53,562 bases of DNA from Candidatus Hydrogenedentota bacterium (GTDB lineage Bacteria > Hydrogenedentota > Hydrogenedentia > Hydrogenedentales > SLHB01), in NCBI GenBank assembly GCA_029974275.1, contig JARKSN010000328.1:1-53562 (forward strand), written 5' to 3'. Under the pieces are notes generated by a model that was not told where the DNA came from, did no database searches, and saw only the letters and a program-made list of their open reading frames with translations. A program made the translations under genes and the position numbers. This document shows, in pieces, positions 8,955 through 18,351 of this stretch; positions within the stretch are counted from its first letter, which is position 1, and the number at the start of each line of letters is the position of its first letter.

Positions 8955-11771
8955 CTACCCTTCCCTTTCCGCTTCGCCGAACGCCCGATCCATAAGGTCG
9001 CGCTGCTCGGCCTTGTGGCACGCGGCCGATCCCGTGGCGGGACTGGCAGATTCCGGACGGGCGATGACGCGCAGGCTCCTGCCGAACAACGCGGCGCCGA
9101 AGCGCACGAACAGATATCGCCACGCGCCCATGTTCTCCGGCTCTTCCTGCGTCCAATATACGGGAACGGACGCGGCATACGGGGCAAGGGCGTCGCGCAA
9201 CGCCTCCTCCTGAAGAGGATAATACTGCTCGAGGCGAACGATAGCCACATCTTCGCAGTTCCGGGCGCGCCGTTCCTCGTCAAGCTCATAGTAGAGTTTT
9301 CCGGAACACAGCAGCACGCGCCGCGCTTTGTCGGGAGAGACGACCGCATCGGGCAGCACGCGCCGGAAGGAGCCCTGGGCGAGTTCGTCGAGCGCCGATA
9401 CGGCCCGAGGATGGCGCAGCATGCTTTTGGGCGTCATGATCACGAGAGGCTTGCGCCAACGCCGCAACACTTGTCGGCGCAATACATGAAACATTTGGGC
9501 CGGGGTCGACGGTTGCACGATCTGGATGTTGTCCTCCGCGGCAAGGCTGAGAAAACGTTCGAGGCGAGCGCTGGAATGCTCCGGCCCCATGCCTTCGAAA
9601 CCATGCGGCAGCAGCATGACCAGGCCCGAAAGGCTGCCCCATTTGTCTTCCGCGCTGGCGATGAACTGATCGACGATCACTTGGGCGACGTTGCAAAAAT
9701 CGCCGAACTGCGCTTCCCATATGACGAGGGCGTCGGGATAGGCGATGCTATAGCCGTACTCGAATCCAAGCACCCCCGCCTCGGACAAGGGGCTGTTCAA
9801 AATCGTGACCGGGCCCTGGTCCGTAGCCAAACGCTGCAAGGGGACGTAGACGTGATTGTTGGCGACGTCGTGCAACACGGCATGGCGATGGCTAAACGTG
9901 CCGCGCTCGGAATCCTGACCGGTCAGGCGCACGCGCGTTCCCTCGATCGCCAACGAGCCGAACGCCAACGCCTCCCCGGCGGCCCAATCCAATGGCTTTT
10001 CGCCCCGCGCCATCTGCAAGCGCTGTTCGAGAAGGCGTTCGATTTTGGGATGCGGATGAAAATCCGGCGGAACCGATGAAATGCGTTCAAGCAGCGACGC
10101 CAACCGCTCCCGTTTGACGCCCGTGTCGACGTCGGGCTCGTCCTTGTCCGGCCCGCCTCGGAATTGACTCCACACACGCCCGAGGATGCTTGGACGCACG
10201 GTCGTGTCTTCCGTGCGCGGGCTGCTCAATTCCTGTTCGAGCGCCTCGCGGCGGCGATCGGCGATGTGATCGGCTTCCTCGCGCGACACCTCGCCCAGTT
10301 CGAGCAGATGACCGAGATACCCGTCGCGCACCGACGGGCGTTTTTCGATGGCGCGGTACATGGCGGGATGCGTGAAAGCGGGCTCGTCGCCTTCGTTGTG
10401 ACCCCGGCGCCGGTAACAGTACATGTCGATAACCGCGTCGCGCTTGAACGTGCGGCGAAAATCCATCGCCAGCCGGACGACCTGCGCCACGGCCTCGGGA
10501 TCCTCGCCGTTCACGTGGAAGATGGGGATGTGCAACATGCGGGCGATATCCGCCGCATACACGCTCGAACGGCCCTGCTCGGGTCCGGTGGTGAAACCGA
10601 TTTGGTTGTTGACAATGACGTGCAGCGTGCCGCCGACGGCATAGCCGTCAAGCTGGCTGAGGTTCAAGGTCTCCTGAACAATGCCCTCGCCCGCGAAGGC
10701 GGCGTCGCCATGAACGAGAATGACCATATACCGGTCTCGGTCCAGATCCTTGAGGCGATCCTGCTTGGCGCGCGTCCTGCCCAGCGCGACGGGATTGACA
10801 AACTCGAGGTGGCTGGGATTGAAACACAGCGCCAGGTGCACCGAATGACCGCTGGCGGTGTGCCAATCGTTCTGATAGCCCTGGTGATATTTGACGTCGC
10901 CCCGGCCTTGCTTGCGGACCGCGTCGACGTCTTCAAATTCGCTGAAAATGAACCGGGGGCTTTTCCCCATGATGTTGGCCAGCACGTTCAGACGCCCTCG
11001 GTGCGCCATGCCCAGGACAACCTCCTTGATGCGGTCCTCTCCTGCCTTTTCGATGGCCAAATCGAGCAGCGGAATGAGGCTTTCCGCTCCCTCCAGCGAA
11101 AAACGCTTGGCGCCCGTAAACTTTCGTTGAATGAATTCTTCGAGATACACGGCGTCCGTGAGACGCGTCAAAATGCGAATCTGGTCTTGGCGATCGAGGC
11201 GGATGCGGTTCCGGGATCGCTCCATCCGCTTTTGGAGCCACTCCCGAACGCGAAGGCTGTCGATATGCATGAATTGCACGCCTATCGATCGGCAGTACGT
11301 GCTCTTGAGACGCGAGAGGATTTGCCGCAGCGTCAGAGGCTCTTCCCGCGACAACGTTCCCGCGGAAAAGAGACGGTCCATGTCGTCCTCCGACAGACCG
11401 TGATATGCGGGATCCAACTCGGGCTGTCGCGCCAAGGGTCGCCCCAATGGGTCAAGACGCGCCGCGCGATATCCCCGCGTCCGGTAGGCGCGAATCAACT
11501 GGTCCACCCGGTATTGCCGCGCGGCGATGGACGATTCCACCTCGGCTCCGTTCGGGGCCGGTCCGTGCATGGCGATCGGCGCGGGACCGTGATCGAGCGG
11601 GGAAACGGGCCGAACGCCTTGCGAAAACGGTGTTCTCTCCCGGTCCTGCTGTTCCGCGAAAAAAATCTGCCAATCCGGGGGCACCGACTCCGGTTCGCGT
11701 AAGTACGCGGCGTAGAGCTGCTCGACAAAGGTCAGGCTCATGCTCCCGAGGCCGTGTGTGATCTCCCGCAT
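8955..11771 (-). CDS. sucA: 2-oxoglutarate dehydrogenase E1 component
   Basis: [21 protein letters not shown] motif [38 protein letters not shown]. Start probably ATG 11771. Confidence 0.97.
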   Translation of the reverse strand: MREITHGLGSMSLTFVEQLYAAYLREPESVPPDWQIFFAEQQDRERTPFSQGVRPVSPLDHGPAPIAMHGPAPNGAEVESSIAARQYRVDQLIRAYRTRGYRAARLDPLGRPLARQPELDPAYHGLSEDDMDRLFSAGTLSREEPLTLRQILSRLKSTYCRSIGVQFMHIDSLRVREWLQKRMERSRNRIRLDRQDQIRILTRLTDAVYLEEFIQRKFTGAKRFSLEGAESLIPLLDLAIEKAGEDRIKEVVLGMAHRGRLNVLANIMGKSPRFIFSEFEDVDAVRKQGRGDVKYHQGYQNDWHTASGHSVHLALCFNPSHLEFVNPVALGRTRAKQDRLKDLDRDRYMVILVHGDAAFAGEGIVQETLNLSQLDGYAVGGTLHVIVNNQIGFTTGPEQGRSSVYAADIARMLHIPIFHVNGEDPEAVAQVVRLAMDFRRTFKRDAVIDMYCYRRRGHNEGDEPAFTHPAMYRAIEKRPSVRDGYLGHLLELGEVSREEADHIADRRREALEQELSSPRTEDTTVRPSILGRVWSQFRGGPDKDEPDVDTGVKRERLASLLERISSVPPDFHPHPKIERLLEQRLQMARGEKPLDWAAGEALAFGSLAIEGTRVRLTGQDSERGTFSHRHAVLHDVANNHVYVPLQRLATDQGPVTILNSPLSEAGVLGFEYGYSIAYPDALVIWEAQFGDFCNVAQVIVDQFIASAEDKWGSLSGLVMLLPHGFEGMGPEHSSARLERFLSLAAEDNIQIVQPSTPAQMFHVLRRQVLRRWRKPLVIMTPKSMLRHPRAVSALDELAQGSFRRVLPDAVVSPDKARRVLLCSGKLYYELDEERRARNCEDVAIVRLEQYYPLQEEALRDALAPYAASVPVYWTQEEPENMGAWRYLFVRFGAALFGRSLRVIARPESASPATGSAACHKAEQRDLMDRAFGEAEREG

Positions 11772-12210
11772 GACGTCACCTCGTATCGGTCGGATGCAAC
11801 GGTTTTCCCAAACAAATGTTCCAGCGACGACACGAGCCGCTCCACATGCGCCGACCAAACCCGGCGCCATCGAAAACGGCGCGCGCCCCCTCATATGTTG
11901 CCATGGCGCCGTCCCAAACGCCATGACGCGCACGTTCTGACCAAGACGCACAAAAACGGCGGATCTCCGGGGTCCTTGGCCGTCCGATATTCCCCAAATC
12001 TTCTGGGTTTACGCCACGCATGAACGAAATCCTGCTTCTTGCCGCGTCACGCCACCGTTGCGTCAACATCGGCCCGGCAAAATCTGTTCCGCGTCCGGAC
12101 CGATTCGGCCCCCTGAAGAAGCGGGATGGGTCTCTTTTTTGTATTCCCGCCTCAAAAAACCTATCATCGGAAAGTGTCCAGCCCTTTTTCACCAAGAGGA
12201 GCTTTGAACC

Positions 12211-14802
12211 ATGCACCCTGCTTCCGCATCGATTCTATTGACTTCCGTAGCTCTGGTCGCCTTGCCTGCTTGGGCCGCGCCGTGGATAACCTCCAAGATG
12301 TATGGCAATGTCCATGTCGTCGTATCGGAAACGGCCCCTAGTTTTGACGCGCAGGCGGCGAAAGAATTCGCGGCGCACTGGAAAGCCTGCACCGGTCATT
12401 CCGTTTCGATTTCGGATCGCCCCGCCGACGGCGTGAACGTGTTCATCGGACGCGATGTCATTCCCGCCCGCCACGCCAAAAAGATGAATGTGGCGGCCCT
12501 CCAGGCGGACGGCCTGCATCTCCGCAGCGTAAAGGCCGAAAAGGACGCTTTGCCCGCACTGCTCATCGCGGGAGGAACCGAACGCGGCGCGCTGTATGGC
12601 GTCTACGAGTTCTTCGAACGCTACATGGGCATGCGATGGCTGGCCCCTGGCGTGACGTTTGTTCCGCGTAAGCCCGGCGAGGCCTGCGATCCCGCGAAAC
12701 CGTGGGAGCGCGCTACGCCATCCGAACTGCCGGCCATCGACTATCGCTACGTCCCGCCATTCGAGCATCGTCGGACGACGCCGCCCGAGGGCGACGCCGA
12801 AAGCGTGCAGATCTATCGCGATGCGCGACGCCTCTCCGAAGGCCCTGGGTTTGGCGCTCCTGGCGTCCATACGCTGTACAGTTTGGTGGAACCGAAAGAT
12901 CACTTCGAGAAGCATCCGGAGTGGTTTTCCATGATTGACGGCAAACGACGTGCACCGGTCGGGTACGACTACAACAGCGAGAAGGAGCGCGAAAAACACC
13001 CGGGCACCGTGGCGCAACTGTGCTTCACGAATCCCGAGGTGGCGAACGCCATCGTGGACACGCTGCGCGATCGCATCCGCAAGAATCCCGACAAACACAT
13101 CTGGAGCGTATCGCAGATGGACTGGGGCGAATACTGCACGTGCCCGGAATGCAAAGCGATCAACGAAAGCGAAGGCACGCCCATGGGCTCCCTGCTGACC
13201 TGCGTGAACCGCGTCGCGGACCAGATCAACCAGGAATTCCCAGGCTACTACATCGAGACGCTCGCCTATACGTGGTCGCGCAAGGCCCCGAAGACTATCC
13301 GTCCGCGCGACAACGTCATCATCCGCCTGTGCAGCATCGAATGCGATTTTGCGCGCCCCCTCAACGATCCAAAGGTCCAGGAAAACGCGACATTCGCGCA
13401 AGATATCCGCGAGTGGTCGGCCATCGCAAAGCAACTCTACATCTGGGATTACGTCGTGAACTTTCACGGCTACCAGCGCCCGCACCCCAACCTGCCGGTG
13501 CTTGCCGAAAACGCCCGCTTCTTCCGCGACCACAAGGCCCGCGGGCTATACGAGCAGGGGCCGTCCGCGCCGCGCGTGGAGTTGGGGCATTTGCGCACCT
13601 ACTTGTTGACGCATCTCATCTGGAATCCGGACTGCGACGTGGACGCGGCGCGCGAGGATTTCCTCGATTTGTACTATCGCGAGACCGCGCCGTTTATGCG
13701 GCAATACCTTGCCCTCATCGAAAAAAACGTGATCGAAAAAGAATGGATGATGGACACGTTTGACAAGGGCGGCTGGATCGATTACGACACCGTCGTGCAG
13801 GCGCGCGAGATCCTGCGTCAAGGCCTCGAGGCGGCGCAGTCCGACGAGACCCGCCAGCGCATCGGGTTTGCCCAAGTGTCCGTTGAATACGCCGCCTTTG
13901 CCTGCACGCCCCGCATCACCCTGGCCGACAACGCCTTCGCCCTTGACCGTCCTCCGTGCATGAGCCCGCACGACTACATCGCGCTGGCAAAGTCTTTCGG
14001 CATTCGCGATTATGCCGAAAACAGGCCTATCGAGGAATTCGGCAGCCTCGTCAGCCACTGCCCGCCGCGCCAAGAGCAATCGCCCATCGAAACGATCGAA
14101 AACGAGCGCTATCGGGTGTGGGTGACGCCCGCCATCGGCGGCACGGTAATGCGCTGGCAGGACAAGCCAAGCGGCGTTGAGCTTATCAACGCATTCCGCG
14201 AATACGGCATGCGTCCATGCACCTGGCAAGACTGGACCAACACTCCCTTCAAAGTCGAGGGACCGGTCGCAGACCGGTACGACGTCGTGGAACGGGCCCC
14301 CGGAAAACTCGTGATCGAGGCCAAACGCGAGGACGGGCTCGTCGTGCGCCGAACGATGTCGCTGCAGCCCGGTTCGGACGCCATCGAGGTGACGCTAACC
14401 ATCACGAATCCAACGGACAAGGCACTCATCCCGAACGTCAAGCCGCACCCCGAGTTCTACGCACAAGGATCGTATATCCCCGAGATATGGAGCTACCGAG
14501 ACGGCACATGGACGCAATACACGGATCCGGCGCTGAGTCCGCCCCTTGCAAACGGCAAATACATGAAACCCGAAGGTTACACCCAGCTCGCCTGCCGCGT
14601 GAAAGAAAAAGATGTCACGGTAATCTGCGAGTTCAATCCCGCCCAACTCGGCGGACTGTTGTGGTTTTACAACGCCTCGAGCGCAGCCCGGCAAATGAAC
14701 CTGGAACTGCTGCCCAAGACCGACCCGCTCGCGCCGGGCGCGTCGATGACGATAGCGGCGTCCTACCGATTCACGCGAGAAAGCCCGGCGACGTTGCGCT
14801 GA
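12211..14802 (+). CDS. Secreted DUF4838-domain protein (putative glycoside hydrolase) with C-terminal mutarotase-like beta-sandwich
   Basis: Signal peptide (..PAWA), GH67/GH20-like N-domain (RGALYGVYEFFERYMGMRW), HPEWFS, QLCFTNPEV, CTCPEC, IETLAY, LYIWDY. Confidence 0.8.
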   Translation: MHPASASILLTSVALVALPAWAAPWITSKMYGNVHVVVSETAPSFDAQAAKEFAAHWKACTGHSVSISDRPADGVNVFIGRDVIPARHAKKMNVAALQADGLHLRSVKAEKDALPALLIAGGTERGALYGVYEFFERYMGMRWLAPGVTFVPRKPGEACDPAKPWERATPSELPAIDYRYVPPFEHRRTTPPEGDAESVQIYRDARRLSEGPGFGAPGVHTLYSLVEPKDHFEKHPEWFSMIDGKRRAPVGYDYNSEKEREKHPGTVAQLCFTNPEVANAIVDTLRDRIRKNPDKHIWSVSQMDWGEYCTCPECKAINESEGTPMGSLLTCVNRVADQINQEFPGYYIETLAYTWSRKAPKTIRPRDNVIIRLCSIECDFARPLNDPKVQENATFAQDIREWSAIAKQLYIWDYVVNFHGYQRPHPNLPVLAENARFFRDHKARGLYEQGPSAPRVELGHLRTYLLTHLIWNPDCDVDAAREDFLDLYYRETAPFMRQYLALIEKNVIEKEWMMDTFDKGGWIDYDTVVQAREILRQGLEAAQSDETRQRIGFAQVSVEYAAFACTPRITLADNAFALDRPPCMSPHDYIALAKSFGIRDYAENRPIEEFGSLVSHCPPRQEQSPIETIENERYRVWVTPAIGGTVMRWQDKPSGVELINAFREYGMRPCTWQDWTNTPFKVEGPVADRYDVVERAPGKLVIEAKREDGLVVRRTMSLQPGSDAIEVTLTITNPTDKALIPNVKPHPEFYAQGSYIPEIWSYRDGTWTQYTDPALSPPLANGKYMKPEGYTQLACRVKEKDVTVICEFNPAQLGGLLWFYNASSAARQMNLELLPKTDPLAPGASMTIAASYRFTRESPATLR

Positions 14803-14837
14803 CCCGGATTTCCAAAAACGCCTTGCGGGGGCTCGCC

Positions 14838-15032
14838 CTATCGCAGGAGCATTAGCGTCGACAGCGGCAGGGTCACGATCCTGGGGTCATCCACCGCGCC
14901 GCTGTCCTCTTGCGTGATGAGAAGTCCAAACGGCGCATGGTCGACTTTCTTCTCGATGAAGGTTCGAAGGCCTTCCGTGTCCGCCAAGGGATCGATGCGC
15001 CGCTGATACTTCACCTCCAATGGCAGGTTTTT
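14838..15032 (-). pseudogene. C-terminal remnant of an AAA-ATPase/DUF4143-type protein
   Basis: The frame reads KNLPLEVKYQRRIDP...GLRTFIEK...APFGLLIT...DDPRIVTLPLSTLMLLR*, resembling the EVK nuclease-like tail of AAA_14/DUF4143 ATPases. There is no room for the N-terminal ATPase domain because the Gfo/Idh/MocA gene ends at 15037. Confidence 0.55.
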
Positions 15033-15036
15033 GCGC

Positions 15037-16086
15037 CTATTTCAACGTTGCGCGCCCCGTCGGATATTGGACCACGACAACGGCCTGCTTCTCGATCGAT
15101 TCGATAGCGGCGAACTGGACGCGGAGAGCAGCAAGGGCGTCGGCTCCGGTGCCGTCGATGGCGTCGGGCGCGCAGCCCTCCGCGATTTGCTCGGCGAAAC
15201 GATGGATGCGGTTGCGGAAGGTGTCTTCAAACCGCTTTTCGACGATGTCGCCAAAAACGGTGTTGGTGATGACCGTCTTTTCCATGCTCCCCGCCGGATA
15301 CAACGTCAACTCGCCGAACATGTCCTCCAGCACGAAGCGCCCCCCGGTTCCCGCGACCTCGCAACGCTCCATCGGGTGGCCGCGCGCGATGTCGTAGCTG
15401 CCGGTGAGTCCGCCCACGACGCCGTTGGCGAACCGAAAACTGAAGTGTGCCGTGGACCAGATGCTTCGTCCCGGCGCTTTGGTCGCGAAACACTGCACCG
15501 CGACGATATCGCCGCAGAAATAGCGCATGAGGTCGATGGTGTGCGGGTGCAGCGCCTTGATGTGGAACCACGGCGAGCTTTCGGCGGGATTCATGATCCA
15601 CATCGCCATGTTGACGAAGAGCAGGCGCCCGAGCCGTCCTTCCTCGATCCACTGCTTTGCCTTGCGCGCGAGCGGCGTGAAACGATGGTTCACGTTGATG
15701 CCATAGCAGCGGTTTCGGGTCCGCGCCAAGGCCACCATCTCCTCGGCTTGTTTGAGGTCGTTCGAAATCGGTTTCTCGCCGAGCACATGGCAGCCCGCTT
15801 CGAACGCCTGCATCGTCGGCTCGTAGTGATCGCTGCCGTATTCGTGGCCGCCCGTTGCGACACTGCACAGGTCCGGCTGCAGCGCCTCGAACATCTCCGG
15901 GGCGCTGTAGAACGCTGGCGTCTGCAGCCGCGCGGCGGCGGCGTCTGCTCGTTCCCGGTTTCGGTCGCATACGCCGACAAGCCGGCACCACGGGCTCGCA
16001 ACATATTGATCGGCATGCAAATTGCCGATGGGGCCCATTCCCACGACGACGGCGCGCAACATGGGACGATCCTGATCGTCACGCAT
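15037..16086 (-). CDS. Gfo/Idh/MocA family oxidoreductase
   Basis: Rossmann VVGMGPIGNLH, HVLGEKPIS, NHRF, HTIDLMRYFCG. Start at ATG 16086 overlaps the flhG stop. Confidence 0.92.
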   Translation of the reverse strand: MRDDQDRPMLRAVVVGMGPIGNLHADQYVASPWCRLVGVCDRNRERADAAAARLQTPAFYSAPEMFEALQPDLCSVATGGHEYGSDHYEPTMQAFEAGCHVLGEKPISNDLKQAEEMVALARTRNRCYGINVNHRFTPLARKAKQWIEEGRLGRLLFVNMAMWIMNPAESSPWFHIKALHPHTIDLMRYFCGDIVAVQCFATKAPGRSIWSTAHFSFRFANGVVGGLTGSYDIARGHPMERCEVAGTGGRFVLEDMFGELTLYPAGSMEKTVITNTVFGDIVEKRFEDTFRNRIHRFAEQIAEGCAPDAIDGTGADALAALRVQFAAIESIEKQAVVVVQYPTGRATLK

Positions 16087-16942
16087 TGCTGACAAGACCA
16101 AGGTTTTGCACGATGCGACGCAGGAAGCCTGGGCGTCCGCGCTCTTGTTCGCGTTTCTGGCGCAGAAGGGAAGCGGCGAGGTCCTGCACGTTTTTGGCGG
16201 CGGGAGCGGCAGGGTAGCGCAACACAAACGGCGTTGCCTGCATCACCGCCTGGGCGACATGCGGATCGCGCAGGATATGTCCGAGCGTTGCCAGGCTGCG
16301 CCCAAGGTATTGCTGCGCGACGTGATTGAGTTTCGCGGCGACCATGTTGGCCTGCGCGGCGTTCGCAGCCATGTTGACGACGATCCGGATCACGGCGTCC
16401 TTGCGAAGCTGGTTGATCGTCTTGATCATCGCATAGGCATCCACAATGGCCGACGGCTCGGGAGTGGTGACCAGCAAGACCTCGTCGGCGGCGGCGGCAA
16501 AGGCGACGGCGTTTTGGCCAATGCCGGCCATCGTGTCGATAATGATGAAGTCGGCGTCTTCTTGCAGTTCCATCAGGCCGCGGATGACGTTTTCGCGCGC
16601 ATGGGGGCCAAGGTCGGCGAGCTTGGCGATCCCGGAACTTCCGGGAATGAGATCGATGCCGCCGGGCCCCTGGACGACGATTTGGCGCATGCGTCGTTCG
16701 CCGGCGATGACGTGCTGCAAGTTGTACAGCGAGTTGAGGCCGAGCAGCACCTCGACGTTCGCAAGACCGAGATCGGCGTCGAGCACGGTGACGCGCTGCC
16801 CCTGGGCGGCCATGGCGATGCCGAGATTGACGCTTGTGCTGGTCTTGCCGACGCCTCCCTTGCCGCTGGTCACCGCGAGCACGCGGGCGCGGCTATGGTG
16901 CTGCCGAACGAAATCACGCAGATTTTGGGCTTGATATTCCAC
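16079..16942 (-). CDS. flhG: Flagellar number regulator, MinD/ParA-family ATPase FlhG (FleN)
   Basis: N-terminal QAQNLR activator-like helix, deviant Walker A SGKGGVGKT, DADLGLAN, TTPEPSAIVDAYA. Lies directly downstream of flhF. Confidence 0.92.
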   Translation of the reverse strand: MEYQAQNLRDFVRQHHSRARVLAVTSGKGGVGKTSTSVNLGIAMAAQGQRVTVLDADLGLANVEVLLGLNSLYNLQHVIAGERRMRQIVVQGPGGIDLIPGSSGIAKLADLGPHARENVIRGLMELQEDADFIIIDTMAGIGQNAVAFAAAADEVLLVTTPEPSAIVDAYAMIKTINQLRKDAVIRIVVNMAANAAQANMVAAKLNHVAQQYLGRSLATLGHILRDPHVAQAVMQATPFVLRYPAAPAAKNVQDLAASLLRQKREQERGRPGFLRRIVQNLGLVSNA

Positions 16943-18350
16943 GTTTCTCTCCGCCTTTCACGATAAGGGCCGCGATGGCCTCCGCTTTGGCCGCCAGCAA
17001 ATCCTCGGGGACGTTCTGTCCCACGCTCAGATAACTTGCCGGAAGCCCCGACTCCGCCAGCACGCTGAACAGCGCGCCATAGCGCTGCGTCTCGTCCAAT
17101 TTGGTGAACAACAAGGAGGTTGGCGCAATGGGCTTGAACTTGTCGACCACGGCGCGTAGGTCTTCGAGCGGCGTGGTCGCGCCCAGCACGAGAAACGTCT
17201 CGTGGGGCTGCGCCGCATCAAGCAACTCAATAAGCTCCTGCATTTGCTTGAGGTTGTACGGGCTTCCGCCCGCCGTGTCGATAAGAACGATGTCTTGGTC
17301 GCGAAACAGCCGCACCGCGCCGGCCATGTCCTTGGGCGTGTTCACAACCTGCAACGGCAGGCCGATGATGTTGGCATAGGTGCGCAGTTGTTCCGGCGCG
17401 GCCACGCGGTACGTGTCCGCCGTGATAAGGGCGACGCGGGCGCGCTGGCGAACGGCGTACACGGCGGCAAGCTTGGCGACGTTCGTGGTTTTGCCGACGC
17501 CGGTCGGACCGACCAACGCGGCCACGCGGACGGAACCGGGCTTGCGGGCAATGCCGCTGGCGATTTTGATGCGAGCGGCGACTTCCTGGCGCAGGCGGTC
17601 CTGGAGCTTTTGGGGATCGCGCAAAATGCTGAGATCCGTGCCCTTGACAAGCGAGCCCATCAGCGAAGCCGCGACGGGACGACTCACGCCATTGTCGATG
17701 AGAGCGCGGTAATGCGGCGCGAACTCGGGCGGAAGCCCTGCGCCGGGCGCTTCGGCAATGAGAACCTCGACCAGGTTGCGCAACTCGCGCAGTTCGCGCC
17801 GCAACGTCTCCGACGAGTCGTCCTTGTGCTTTGGGAACGGAATCACCGGATGGGGCGCGGGCGCTGTGGAATCGCCCACAGCCGACGCCCGGGGCGCATT
17901 GTCGCCGGAAACGCCGGCGTGAGGATGCCGTCTGCCGGATGAAGCCGAGACATGCGACTGCACAGGGGGATGATGAGGCGGCGCGGGATGCGACGCCGAA
18001 CGGACCGGCGCGCTTGGGGAGGAGGCGGCGGCGATGCCCATGCGGCGTTGCGCGTCGCTGACCAGTTCCTTGAAGTACGTGACGCTTTCGCGGACGGTCT
18101 GATCGCTGCCGATGCGCGAAGCGGACGCATAGTGGCGCTCAACGGGCGTGGGGCGGCGCGGTCCCGACGGCGGGGCGACGGGTTCGGCCGCGGTCAGTTC
18201 GACTTGCTTGCGGCCTATCCACCCGAGGAACCCGCTCTGCTTGACCTGCCGCGTCCGAAGCACCACCGCGTGCTGTCCCAATTTTTCCCTCATTTGGCGA
18301 TAAGCGCCGTCAAGGGTTTCGGCTTGGAAAGTATGGAGTTTTTGTGCCAT
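16914..18350 (-). CDS. flhF: Flagellar biosynthesis SRP-family GTPase FlhF
   Basis: N-terminal B domain with a low-complexity linker, [30 protein letters not shown]. Confidence 0.94.
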   Translation of the reverse strand: MAQKLHTFQAETLDGAYRQMREKLGQHAVVLRTRQVKQSGFLGWIGRKQVELTAAEPVAPPSGPRRPTPVERHYASASRIGSDQTVRESVTYFKELVSDAQRRMGIAAASSPSAPVRSASHPAPPHHPPVQSHVSASSGRRHPHAGVSGDNAPRASAVGDSTAPAPHPVIPFPKHKDDSSETLRRELRELRNLVEVLIAEAPGAGLPPEFAPHYRALIDNGVSRPVAASLMGSLVKGTDLSILRDPQKLQDRLRQEVAARIKIASGIARKPGSVRVAALVGPTGVGKTTNVAKLAAVYAVRQRARVALITADTYRVAAPEQLRTYANIIGLPLQVVNTPKDMAGAVRLFRDQDIVLIDTAGGSPYNLKQMQELIELLDAAQPHETFLVLGATTPLEDLRAVVDKFKPIAPTSLLFTKLDETQRYGALFSVLAESGLPASYLSVGQNVPEDLLAAKAEAIAALIVKGGEKRGISSPKSA

Positions 18351-18351
18351 G

